This document shows positions 25,722-39,423 of a stretch of 53,365 bases of DNA, in pieces. The stretch is from positions 1 through 53,365 of the forward strand of contig JAUWTD010000002.1 in the NCBI GenBank assembly GCA_030609775.1. The letters are read 5' to 3'. Each line of letters opens with the position of its first letter. Position 1 is the stretch's first letter. A program made the translations under genes and the position numbers. The stretch is from Candidatus Altiarchaeota archaeon. Lineage in GTDB: Archaea > Altiarchaeota > Altiarchaeia > IMC4 > QMZM01. The notes beneath the pieces are model-generated. The model did no database searches, was not told the origin of the DNA, and was given only the letters and a program-made list of their open reading frames with translations.

Positions 25722-26846
25722 TTACTGTGCCAATATCTCATTGATAAGTTCTCTTCTCACTCTCGTTGGTATTTTTCTGTTCATAAAAGCATTATAAAAT
25801 TGTTCTTTAAGTTGGAGTAATGAGTCCAAGTTTTCTCCAAGAGTGGAGTTTATATACGTCTTATCCTTCCATTTTTGTTGATATTTGCTAAGATATTTTT
25901 TACCCCAATTATTTTTTTTGATGCATAATGCAGCGGTTTCACCAGCTACACTGCCAGATATCATTGAGGGACTAATACCCTCCCCCGTAATTGGATCAAC
26001 CATCCCTGCAGCATCACCCACTAAGATTATTCCATTAGCAATAGTCTCTTTTGTTAATTTAGGGCCACAAATAGGTATACCCCCTCCTCTGGTTTCCAAT
26101 GTAACATATTTTTTTTCGATCATATTGCAAATATTAGGGTATTCTAATATGAAAAAATCAAGCGATTTTTTAGCGTTTATCTTTGAACTGACAGCAACAC
26201 CTACATTAGCGTGTTTTCCCCCCTTTGGGAATAGCCAGGCACATCCTTGGAAGAATTCTTCACCAAAAGCAATATGCCACACATTGTTTTCGATAGTGTT
26301 TAGCCCAAAGATTTCAAGAGCATATCCTTTTGAAAAATCATTTGTTTTCCACCCATTTCTGATTCCAGCATACCTTCCAATGTTACACTCGAATCCATCT
26401 GCACCAATAACTATTCTCGTTTTTATTTCTTTGTAGTTCGCTCCCTGTTTGACTTTTACATGCCATATCCCCCCCATTTTTTTCATTCCAATGGCTTTAG
26501 TGTCTACAGATATTCTTGCTCCAGCAATTTCGGCTTGTTGTGCTATATATTTATCAAAAATTCTTCTATCTATTGTATAGCCCTTCCATTGATCTGCATT
26601 TAACTCATAAATTTCATTGTAAAAATATATTTTAGTTCCATCTATTTTCTGTTTTATGAATGAATCATCTTTTTTAATTCCTGTATCCCTAAACAAAAAT
26701 TTATTTATTCCTTCAGCACATCTTACAGGATATCCGATTTCTTTATTACGTTCTATTAGCAATACGTTTACACTCAGCTCAGAGGCGGTTTTTGCTGCCA
26801 TTGATCCCGCAGGACCCGCTCCGATAATTAAAATATCATATATCAT
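25722..26846 (-). CDS. Geranylgeranyl reductase family FAD-dependent oxidoreductase (paralog 1)
   Basis: YDILIIGAGPAGSMAA, VRCAEGINK, CAWLFPKGGKHANVGV and GDAAGMVDPITGEGI. Start set at ATG 26846; the track start at 26858 is TTG. Confidence 0.85.
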   Translation of the reverse strand: MIYDILIIGAGPAGSMAAKTASELSVNVLLIERNKEIGYPVRCAEGINKFLFRDTGIKKDDSFIKQKIDGTKIYFYNEIYELNADQWKGYTIDRRIFDKYIAQQAEIAGARISVDTKAIGMKKMGGIWHVKVKQGANYKEIKTRIVIGADGFECNIGRYAGIRNGWKTNDFSKGYALEIFGLNTIENNVWHIAFGEEFFQGCAWLFPKGGKHANVGVAVSSKINAKKSLDFFILEYPNICNMIEKKYVTLETRGGGIPICGPKLTKETIANGIILVGDAAGMVDPITGEGISPSMISGSVAGETAALCIKKNNWGKKYLSKYQQKWKDKTYINSTLGENLDSLLQLKEQFYNAFMNRKIPTRVRRELINEILAQ

Positions 26847-26883
26847 AATAATGCACAATTACCTAGTGTTATTATATTGACAC

Positions 26884-28074
26884 TTAATTATTCTGTGATG
26901 GTCGTTTGTTTTTAGCTTTCAATAATCTTACTTCTAATGCCTTATAACTCATTTCCTCTAGTTCATTTAATCTCTCCAATTCAAATAGGTTAGTTAATAT
27001 TCCTGCGAAAAGTAGATGTTTTCCACAGTGTTTTGATGTAAACCATTTTTGCATTTTCTCAACCATCCCACGTGATATCCTGAAATGTGGATGTAACAGT
27101 TTCTCAATTGATTCCATATACTGTTTCATTTCAATAGATTCCCCTTTGTGCATTTTAGTTCCAAGTTCTCCTGCAAGATGTCCACTTATGCTACTTGGTA
27201 AAATACCTTCAATGAATGGCTTCAGATTATGGTTCGCAGCATCCCCTGCTACGAGAACATTTCCTTGAACCCACTCACCTGTAATACCCCCCCAAACCGC
27301 CTTTTTCGTTTTTTCTACGACATAGTCTGCATTTTTGACTTGTTTCTTTACCGATTCAAGTTCCAGAAATTCATGAAAGTACCTCTTAAGTTCCTTTTCT
27401 TTCATTATTCCGCCAACACCAACATTTGCCACTGTCCTTGATTTTGGAAAAATATAAGCATAACCTCCTGGAGTAAAATCACCTAAATAAATCTGTTCCA
27501 TGTGGGGATTATGAAGTTTCAAATTTTTCATTTCCCAGGAATATACTTCAGCTATGTCCCCTTTTTTTGGATTATACGATCCTAAAAGTTTTAACACAGT
27601 TGATTCGACACCATCTGCAGCGATGATAACATCTGGTTCTATCTCTATTACTTTTTTAGATACTCTAACTGTTGCCTTTCTGACATTGTTTTCTTTATCA
27701 AGTTCTAAATGGATTAGTTCAGTATTTGTTCTGAGTTCGGCACCAGCACTTATTGCTAAATTGGATAACCATTTATCAAATTTTTCACGGTTAATAGTGT
27801 AGCCCTCCCAAAGTCCACCTTTACGTTCTATTGTAATATCTTCTACCTGAAATGTAATTCCGTCAATTTTCCACGTTAAATAATTCTTTGGAATTTTAAA
27901 AGGCAGATAAGGAAATAAATATTTTCCAACTCCCTCAGCACACTGTACAGGAACACCAACTTCCTCTTTTTTATCGATAAAAATCGTTTTGGTTCTTCCT
28001 CGTGCAGCCGATCTTGCAGCCATTGAACCAGCAGGTCCAGCCCCAACAACTAAAACATCACAGGAAATTGGCAT
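26884..28074 (-). CDS. Geranylgeranyl reductase family FAD-dependent oxidoreductase (paralog 2, divergent C-terminal FAD motif)
   Basis: CDVLVVGAGPAGSMAA, VQCAEGVGK, GGYAYIFPKSRTVANVGVG and VAGDAANHNLKPFIEGI, where the last replaces the usual GDAAG..P.TGEGI. Confidence 0.8.
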   Translation of the reverse strand: MPISCDVLVVGAGPAGSMAARSAARGRTKTIFIDKKEEVGVPVQCAEGVGKYLFPYLPFKIPKNYLTWKIDGITFQVEDITIERKGGLWEGYTINREKFDKWLSNLAISAGAELRTNTELIHLELDKENNVRKATVRVSKKVIEIEPDVIIAADGVESTVLKLLGSYNPKKGDIAEVYSWEMKNLKLHNPHMEQIYLGDFTPGGYAYIFPKSRTVANVGVGGIMKEKELKRYFHEFLELESVKKQVKNADYVVEKTKKAVWGGITGEWVQGNVLVAGDAANHNLKPFIEGILPSSISGHLAGELGTKMHKGESIEMKQYMESIEKLLHPHFRISRGMVEKMQKWFTSKHCGKHLLFAGILTNLFELERLNELEEMSYKALEVRLLKAKNKRPSQNN

Positions 28075-28239
28075 TTTATACGGGTTTAAATAATCACCCT
28101 ACACCTATAATAGTGGATTTATAAATATTTAATTGTTATTCCACGACTTATATACTTCATCGCTCTATGTTTTATTCTATCTTTTAACTTATAGTTTCTT
28201 ATATTTTTTATATACTCCTCCAATTCTTGGATAGATAAA

Positions 28240-29433
28240 ATGGATATGCAGCTTCTTGTTCAAAGAAGGGATGAATTGGATGTAGATAAGGTAATTGAAT
28301 TCATCGAGAACTGTGAGAATGCAAAGGTTGCATTAGTGCATGCTTCACTGAAGGATGATTTTGTTCTATTGGATTTTTTCGAGTCACTAATCCAGAATCT
28401 TACAACCTCATTTGCTGGAGTGCGGGTGAGTGGAAGCGCAACACCTAAGGGCTATGTTGAAAATGCCATAGTTGTAGCTGTTCTATGTGGAGACTTTGAT
28501 GTAGATATTTTCCATGAGAAAATTAATTTCAATGAACCTATAGAAACAATTGAACAAATCACACCCAAATTGAACGGATGGAGTCTATGTCTAACATACT
28601 CAGCTACAACTTGCCAACAAAATGTTATCATGGACTTTATTTTAAGAAGGATAAACAATATTCACCCCAACCTACAGATACTGGGCGGAGCGTCCTCTCC
28701 CCCTGCATTTGTTGCAACCAACGACGGAATGTATGATAACCACATTTTATGCATTCCCCTGAAAAAAATTAAAACAAAATTTGAGATAGATTCGGGGTTC
28801 AGATTCTGCAAAGACAACGAAAAATTTATGATAACTAAATGCAATGAAATCAATGTATTTGAAATCAATGGAAAAAACGCAGTAGATGAATACTGCAAAA
28901 TACAGCATATACGACCCTACTTCCAAAACATGCTCATGAAATACGCACTTACAAAAGCAGATATAGCACGGATTATCAAGTATCTTTTTAAGGCTAATGC
29001 ATTACTCTATGAGAGTGGACCAAGAGTAGGTGTAACCATTTTAGGTACTTATCTGACTGAGGATTCAGTAGAGCTTTTTTTTGTGTTGGAATTAGAGGAA
29101 GAAAAGAATTATTTACTCACTCAATCATATAAGCCCGAAGGCACTGAATTACGGAGAACTGAAACAACAAAAAAAGACCAGATTATAACATACAATAACA
29201 TCCATAAGAGATTTTCGGATGCTGATTCCCTGCTGGTGATATGTTGTGTTGCATTACCTCTCTTCTTTGAATTCGACTTCAAATCCTTGGAGGATACCTT
29301 GAAAAAAATTAGGTGTCCCTTTTTGCTTTCTTTTATGTTTGGAGAATTCGGTGCAAACCTACCCTACACTGGATTAGAGCAGAATGTGGTGCATGGGGGA
29401 GTAGTGAAAACACTAGCATTCAAACAAGAATAA
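28240..29433 (+). CDS. FIST-like domain protein (more divergent)
   Basis: VALVHASLKDDFVLLDFF...GVRVSGSATPKGYVENAIVVAVL is FIST_N-like. LLVICCVALP...FLLSFMFGEFGANLP...QNVVHGGVVKTLAF is a FIST_C-like ending (GE...hN.t.v). Confidence 0.55.
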   Translation: MDMQLLVQRRDELDVDKVIEFIENCENAKVALVHASLKDDFVLLDFFESLIQNLTTSFAGVRVSGSATPKGYVENAIVVAVLCGDFDVDIFHEKINFNEPIETIEQITPKLNGWSLCLTYSATTCQQNVIMDFILRRINNIHPNLQILGGASSPPAFVATNDGMYDNHILCIPLKKIKTKFEIDSGFRFCKDNEKFMITKCNEINVFEINGKNAVDEYCKIQHIRPYFQNMLMKYALTKADIARIIKYLFKANALLYESGPRVGVTILGTYLTEDSVELFFVLELEEEKNYLLTQSYKPEGTELRRTETTKKDQIITYNNIHKRFSDADSLLVICCVALPLFFEFDFKSLEDTLKKIRCPFLLSFMFGEFGANLPYTGLEQNVVHGGVVKTLAFKQE

Positions 29434-29480
29434 AATAAATAAAATAAATAAAAAAAAAATAGAGAAAGAGAAAAAATAAT

Positions 29481-29510
29481 GTATGATGTAACTTATAACT
29501 TACATCATAC
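29481..29510 (-). terminator. Perfect 11-bp hairpin overlapping the thermosome stop codon
   Basis: GTATGATGTAA (29481-29491) pairs with TTACATCATAC (29500-29510) around an 8-nt loop. An A/T-rich run lies at 29434-29480. Confidence 0.45.
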
Positions 29511-31152
29511 CAGGCATTCCGCCCATTCCTTCCATGCCGCCTGGCGGCATACCTCCACCTCCTCCGCCTCGTGGCTTAGTAGTGGAGATAACGTCATCTA
29601 TACGTAGAATCATTTCAGCCGCCTCAGATGCAGACTTCACTGCTTGAGTTTTAATCTTCAAAGGCTCAACAATTCCCCGCTTCCACATATCTCCAACGCC
29701 TCCCTCCAATACGAGGACACCAGCGTTCAAGTCACCTTTATCGTGTTTAGCTCTCAACTCCACAAGGATGTCAATGGCATCCAAGCCGGCGCTTTCAGCC
29801 AAAGTTCGCGGAATAATCTCCATTGCATCAGCAAAGGCACCAATAGCAAGCTGCTCTCTGCCGCCGACAGACTCTGCAAACTCCCGAAGCCTCCTGGCTA
29901 ATTCAATCTCAGGAGCACCGCCCCCTGGAACAATCATACCAACCTCTACAGCAGCAGCAACACCGCCAAGAGCATCATTAACTGCCCGCTCTACTTCATC
30001 AACAACATGCTCTGTACCCCCTCTCACAAGGATACTTACGGCTTTCGGATTCTTACAACCTGATACAAAAATCATGTCATCACCAGCGATCTTATTCTCC
30101 TCAACCAATTTTGCATGGCCTAAATCCTTAGATTCAAGATCCTTCAAGTTCGTGACAACAGTGGCTCCAGTAGCCTTAGATAGTTTCTCCATGTCCGATT
30201 TCTTAACTCTTCTAACTGCAAAAATACCTTTCTTTGCCATAAAATGCTGAGCTAAATCATCAATACCCTTCTGGCAAAACAAAACAGTTGCACCTGCATC
30301 AACAATAGACTCAACCATTTCTTTTAAGAAATTTTCTTCTTGATCTATGAATGCTTGCAGTTGACTGGGGTCGGTGATCTGAATCTTTGCATCCGTTTCA
30401 GTTTCCTTAATCTCAATAGCTGTATCAAGGAGGGCGATCTTGCCGTCGTTGACTTTTTTAGGCATACCTGGATGAACCCTCTCCTTATCGATGATTACGC
30501 CCTGAATAAGCTCAGAGTCAGCTGTGCTTCCGCCTTCCTTCTTCTCAAGTTTCACATTATCCAGATCAACAACAATTTTGCCATCTTCTTTCTCTGCGAT
30601 CTGCTGGATAGCGGTTACAGATAACTCCCCTAACAGTTCCTTAGATGCTTCAGCACCCTTACCTGTCATTGCAGTGATTGCGATCTCTGTAAGAAGCTTA
30701 TCATCATCAATGGAAACCTTTTTTCCAATCTCTTCTAAGATCTCCTGAGCTTTCTTAGAAGCCATCCTATAACCTCTGCCGATCACTGAAGAATGAATGC
30801 TTTGATCAAGAAGCTTCTCAGCGTTAGCTAAAAATTCACCTGTCAAAACCACTGCAGTGGTTGTACCGTCACCTACTTCGGCATCCTGAGTTTTAGCTAC
30901 TTCAACAACCATCTTGGCTGCTGGATGCTCAACATTCATCTCTTCAACGATGGTTGCTCCATCGTTTGTGATGGTGATGTCACCTAAATCATCGACCATC
31001 ATCTTATCCATTCCCCTAGGTCCGAGAGTAGTTCTTACTGTTTCGGCTACAGCTTTAGCACCCATGATGTTATTTCTTTGCGCATCTCTACCTGTTGTCC
31101 TCAAAGCCCCTTCGGGCAAAATAAATATTGGTTGTCCACCGTATTGTGTCAT
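29500..31152 (-). CDS. ths: Thermosome subunit (group II chaperonin)
   Basis: [35 protein letters not shown] and a C-terminal [22 protein letters not shown] tail. Confidence 0.95.
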   Translation of the reverse strand: MTQYGGQPIFILPEGALRTTGRDAQRNNIMGAKAVAETVRTTLGPRGMDKMMVDDLGDITITNDGATIVEEMNVEHPAAKMVVEVAKTQDAEVGDGTTTAVVLTGEFLANAEKLLDQSIHSSVIGRGYRMASKKAQEILEEIGKKVSIDDDKLLTEIAITAMTGKGAEASKELLGELSVTAIQQIAEKEDGKIVVDLDNVKLEKKEGGSTADSELIQGVIIDKERVHPGMPKKVNDGKIALLDTAIEIKETETDAKIQITDPSQLQAFIDQEENFLKEMVESIVDAGATVLFCQKGIDDLAQHFMAKKGIFAVRRVKKSDMEKLSKATGATVVTNLKDLESKDLGHAKLVEENKIAGDDMIFVSGCKNPKAVSILVRGGTEHVVDEVERAVNDALGGVAAAVEVGMIVPGGGAPEIELARRLREFAESVGGREQLAIGAFADAMEIIPRTLAESAGLDAIDILVELRAKHDKGDLNAGVLVLEGGVGDMWKRGIVEPLKIKTQAVKSASEAAEMILRIDDVISTTKPRGGGGGGMPPGGMEGMGGMPGMM

Positions 31153-31282
31153 TTTAGTTCCTCATATATTCTTTTTTTAGTCGAAAAAATATTGTGATTA
31201 GTTATGGGTTAGGGTGTATCATAGTTGATTTTAGTTATGGGTTTAGATGTATATAAATAAGATTAACAGATAACAAGAGGCG

Positions 31283-31810
31283 CTATTCTATATTTATTCT
31301 AAAAGAACCATTATTCTTCTCCTTAAGTTGAGTCAAAGTAACCTCCAGAACACCGTTTTTATAGACTGCTTTAGATACATTGGGTTTAACTCTGTTAGGA
31401 AGCACCAGTTTTTTATTATATTTTCTAGATGTTGTATTAACATTAATCTCAAGCATGTTCTCGGTGAGATCAAGGAAGATATCCTCTTTTTCGAGACCAG
31501 GTAGTTCTGCGACAACCTTGATTTTTTTACCTAATTCAATGATATCGATCAATGGTTCGCGTTCATCAGTACTACTTACTTCATCTTTATTGTTTAAAAT
31601 ATTATCGAATTTCACAATCTTTGGTTCACCCTCAGGTCCAACCTCCACAGAAAAACCATATATGACTTGTTTGCTATTATTTTTATCTTCGGACAACACA
31701 TCAGCTTCATCAAGTATTCTTATAATCTCCTCCTCGATTCCTCTGAATTCGTCTTCGAAGTCCCTGAAGAAGTCATCAAATAGCCAGTCCCTTCTCTTCA
31801 TCCATCTCAT
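31283..31810 (-). CDS. Small heat-shock protein (Hsp20 / alpha-crystallin family)
   Basis: Alpha-crystallin domain: IKVVAELPGLEKEDIFLDLTENMLEINV...LVLPNRVKPNVSKAVYKNGVLEVTL. Confidence 0.85.
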   Translation of the reverse strand: MRWMKRRDWLFDDFFRDFEDEFRGIEEEIIRILDEADVLSEDKNNSKQVIYGFSVEVGPEGEPKIVKFDNILNNKDEVSSTDEREPLIDIIELGKKIKVVAELPGLEKEDIFLDLTENMLEINVNTTSRKYNKKLVLPNRVKPNVSKAVYKNGVLEVTLTQLKEKNNGSFRINIE

Positions 31811-31853
31811 TTTGTGATTAGATATGGGTTTGATTGTTTATAAATAATATTTT

Positions 31854-32768
31854 TTAGGAACCTGAAAGAATACTGATCAACTCATCTGAATCATTAATTT
31901 CATTTAACTCACCTGGCTTTAAGATGACAACATCAGAATCCTCATTCCGATTACTAATACATACACCATAAATTCCAAGAATTTCAGAAACATCATTCAT
32001 AATTTCGACTTTCAACCTAAGCCTACGGGAATCATCACTCACAGTAGTTATAACCCGTTCATTGTTCAACTCAATTGCAACAATATCAAAAGGTGCATTT
32101 GTCAACGCAGTAGAAAAACCAAGATTCTGAAACTTCTCTAAAACCATTTTCTTCAGAGAAGTAATGTGTGCAGTAGAGTTCTCAGAATAGGTAATTTCCT
32201 CAAAAGAAAAAACCTTCTGAGGTAAGGTGATATCCTTTCCAAGAAGATCCATCAAGCGTTCAGCTATATTCAAACACATCCTACCAGACAACTCATATCT
32301 ATGTATTGTTTGTTTAGATACATTCAATTCATAAGCAAGTTTCTGTTGAGTCAGATTCAGTTCTTTACGCAGCTTCACAAGCAACTTAGAATCAATCCCG
32401 ATACAATAGTTACCTCTCACAGAATAAATAGAAGGAGAAGGCAGATTTTCATTAACTACCCCCTCAAGAGTCTTAAGATTAAGGGCATGAATGCCATATC
32501 TCGCATAGATGACACCCTCTGAAAGCTTTGCAGACTTCATATGATCACCTAAGACAAGAGGCACAGTAGACGTCATCGAGGCAACATCCTGCAACTCACT
32601 ACAGTTTTTTCTCGTAAGCCCATCAATGTTTGCAAGAATCTTTATGATAAGAACCTGGTCCTTGCGTGCAACTAAGTCAAAACAGCTCCTTAAACCGCTG
32701 CAGTCAAGCACCAGATAACCTGAATCCGAAAGTATTTCAACCGCCTTCTTAACAAGATCAGATTTCAT
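31854..32768 (-). CDS. XRE-type HTH transcriptional regulator (about 300-aa archaeal COG1395-like)
   Basis: Central HTH LNLTQQKLAYELNVSKQTIHRYELSGR. Start set at ATG 32768 (MKSDLVKKAVEIL); the longer track ORF would overlap lysC by about 100 nt. Confidence 0.7.
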   Translation of the reverse strand: MKSDLVKKAVEILSDSGYLVLDCSGLRSCFDLVARKDQVLIIKILANIDGLTRKNCSELQDVASMTSTVPLVLGDHMKSAKLSEGVIYARYGIHALNLKTLEGVVNENLPSPSIYSVRGNYCIGIDSKLLVKLRKELNLTQQKLAYELNVSKQTIHRYELSGRMCLNIAERLMDLLGKDITLPQKVFSFEEITYSENSTAHITSLKKMVLEKFQNLGFSTALTNAPFDIVAIELNNERVITTVSDDSRRLRLKVEIMNDVSEILGIYGVCISNRNEDSDVVILKPGELNEINDSDELISILSGS

Positions 32769-34155
32769 TGTCAATGAATCTATTATGTATGGATTGCACA
32801 ACCCTATTACCGTCTTCCGCCTTAACAATAAAGGAGATGTTGACTTCAGAAGAACCTTGAGCAATCATTATAATATTAACATTATTATCTGAAACCGTCT
32901 GAAAAATCCTTGCAGCAATACCCTTCGTACCAGCCATACCAACACCGACGATAGTTATGATACAAACATCATCCAAGACCTCAAGCTTCCTGATACCATT
33001 CCCTACAAAATTTTCGTTAATTAGTTCAACGGCACAGGTAAGATCATCATTAGATATAACAAAAGATAGATTAGATTCAGATGAGCCAGAGATCATGGCA
33101 ATATTTATGTTATTCACACCCAATAAATTGAAGAGCTTACCTGCAATATTAGGGGTCTCAGCCATACCCACACCCTTCAAGTTCAAGATATCCACATCAG
33201 TTTCAATAGCAACTGCCTTAATCACACGCTCAATCTTTTCCTGCTCCCTAACAATCAATGTTCCCCCACCCTCTGGATTAAATGAATTCTTTATTCTTAC
33301 CGGAATATCTGCATCCATTGCAGGCTCTATCATCTTAGAATGAATAACCTTCGCACCGAAATGAGCAAGATCCATCGCTTCAACATAAGATATCTTAGAA
33401 ATCAGCTGAACCGAATCCACAACCTTCGGATCAGCAGACAAAATACCATCCACATCAGTCCAGATCTGGACTTCATCAACTTCAAGAAATCTACCTAAAA
33501 GAGAAGCAGTATAATCTGACCCCCCTCTACCCATAGTTGTTATCCTAGCGTTCTCGTCGGCAGCAACAAAACCAGCAACAACCGGAAGAATCCCCTTATC
33601 CAATAAAGGCATCAAAGCAGATCCTACAGTATCAGACATCCGTGCATAAATCGGCCGCGCACAACCAAAATTTGAATCAGTTACAATTCCTGCTTCATAT
33701 CCCGTCAATGCCTTAGTCTTCATACCCTTAGACTCAAGAGCACCTGCAACAATCAAAACAGAGACACGCTCACCGAAAGATAATACATAGTCCAAAGATT
33801 TAAGAGACAGATCCCCTAGATAACCTACACCCAACAAGGTTATTCTCAATTCATTAGACAATTCATCAATCTTCTTTAATACACGCTTTAAAACCCTTTT
33901 ATCTTTAATAACCCCTTTAGCAGCAGACTTATGCTTAGAAAAAAATTCAAGATAAAATCGTTCACACTCCAATTCAACAAGTGCAGTAGGTAAATCCGAA
34001 ACCTTTTTTGCAATAGATACCAGCATGTCAGTGACCTCTGACATAGCAGAGACAACAACAACTTTTTTATCTTTTTCCAATACTACAAGATCTGTTATCC
34101 TACCTATTGTCTCGGCAGATCCGACAGAAGTGCCGCCAAATTTCATTACAATCAT
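32758..34155 (-). CDS. lysC: Aspartate kinase
   Basis: MKFGGTSVG, VVVVSAM, GRGGSDYTASLLG and two C-terminal ACT repeats (NIAMISGSSESNLSFVI, NIIMIAQGSSEVNISFIV). Confidence 0.92.
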   Translation of the reverse strand: MIVMKFGGTSVGSAETIGRITDLVVLEKDKKVVVVSAMSEVTDMLVSIAKKVSDLPTALVELECERFYLEFFSKHKSAAKGVIKDKRVLKRVLKKIDELSNELRITLLGVGYLGDLSLKSLDYVLSFGERVSVLIVAGALESKGMKTKALTGYEAGIVTDSNFGCARPIYARMSDTVGSALMPLLDKGILPVVAGFVAADENARITTMGRGGSDYTASLLGRFLEVDEVQIWTDVDGILSADPKVVDSVQLISKISYVEAMDLAHFGAKVIHSKMIEPAMDADIPVRIKNSFNPEGGGTLIVREQEKIERVIKAVAIETDVDILNLKGVGMAETPNIAGKLFNLLGVNNINIAMISGSSESNLSFVISNDDLTCAVELINENFVGNGIRKLEVLDDVCIITIVGVGMAGTKGIAARIFQTVSDNNVNIIMIAQGSSEVNISFIVKAEDGNRVVQSIHNRFIDNEI

Positions 34156-34497
34156 TTTTTTCAGATGATAAAAAAAATATTGAGGCAGTAGCAGTAGCCC
34201 ATCTTCTGTAAAGCCTTATTGCAAACAATGCTTGCGTTGACTTCTGGGGCATTCGTCTAAGCGGCAAAAACATGCCTTACACCAAACAGGGCATCTCGTT
34301 TCACAAGCCAATACGCATCTTCAACCAAAGCATCATAATAACGTATAGGCATCTCGTCTCTTTAGATGCTACCATAACTTTCGCCACGCAAAAAAAAGCT
34401 GTAAAATAATTGGTGGATGGAACTTCCTCACCCCTAAGGGCGAAGCCCCACAGCAACTACCTCATGTTATGAAAAACCATGTATAGATAATTTATCG

Positions 34498-37370
<2,873 letters not shown>

Positions 37371-37575
37371 TGGCGAATCATCTATACATGGTTTCATAAC
37401 AAATAATCAAATGATTATTATCCACCCTTCATCCACAAATAAGCTTGTGAATTGCATCTAAAATTACCTGATTATAGAATAAAGCGGTAGTTATTTCACA
37501 GGTCGACTATTTTCACGTCTACTACCGATGAACTTATTATAAGTATCAAAGACTTAAAAAGTGATTATATTTTAT

Positions 37576-37649
37576 TGGACCCGTCGGGATTTGAACCCGA
37601 GGCCTCCCGCGTGCAAGGCGGACGATCTACCAGACTGATCTACGGGCCC
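37576..37649 (-). tRNA. tRNA-Ala (anticodon UGC) in the 16S-23S spacer
   Basis: The reverse complement folds as GGGCCCG-UA-GAUC-AGUCUGGUA-GAUC-G-UCCGC-CUUGCAC-GCGGG-AGGCC-UCGGG-UUCAAAU-CCCGA-CGGGUCC-A. The G3:U70 Ala identity pair is present. CCA is not encoded. Confidence 0.95.
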
Positions 37650-37716
37650 CCAACGGATAATATATCCATAGAATGATAATGAAATTGACACTTAGTGCAA
37701 ACCACTGGTTTTTCTT

Positions 37717-39209
<1,493 letters not shown>

Positions 39210-39343
39210 GTTTGGTCGCTATTTTGGAATATTAGCAGTTTGCACTAAGTTTTGCCTACATTATCAAACTAATCAAACATATCTTAGATATGCCCTCCTA
39301 CTTAAATTATTGAAAATATTTACTGTTCTAATATAATATTAGG

Positions 39344-39416
39344 TATTATAGATTTAAAAGATACCTCTTCCACTCCTCTATGTATTTATTTTCCACGTAG
39401 TCTATGTTTAAAAGCT
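39344..39416 (-). promoter_or_regulatory. Two similar TATA/BRE-like elements upstream of the rRNA operon
   Basis: The minus strand reads AGCTTTTAAACATAGA (39401-39416) and CTTTTAAATCTATAATA (39344-39360), about 55 nt apart and 130-200 nt upstream of the 16S 5' end. Confidence 0.35.
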
Positions 39417-39423
39417 GACTACT

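Noticed and set aside
34156-34497. A possible 5S rRNA or tRNA downstream of the 23S.
   Set aside because: I looked on both strands for 5S loop C/helix IV signatures and for tRNA T-loops (GGTTCRAATCC) and found none. The end-pairing block is about 170 nt, too long for a 5S. It is reported as an unexplained structured spacer instead.
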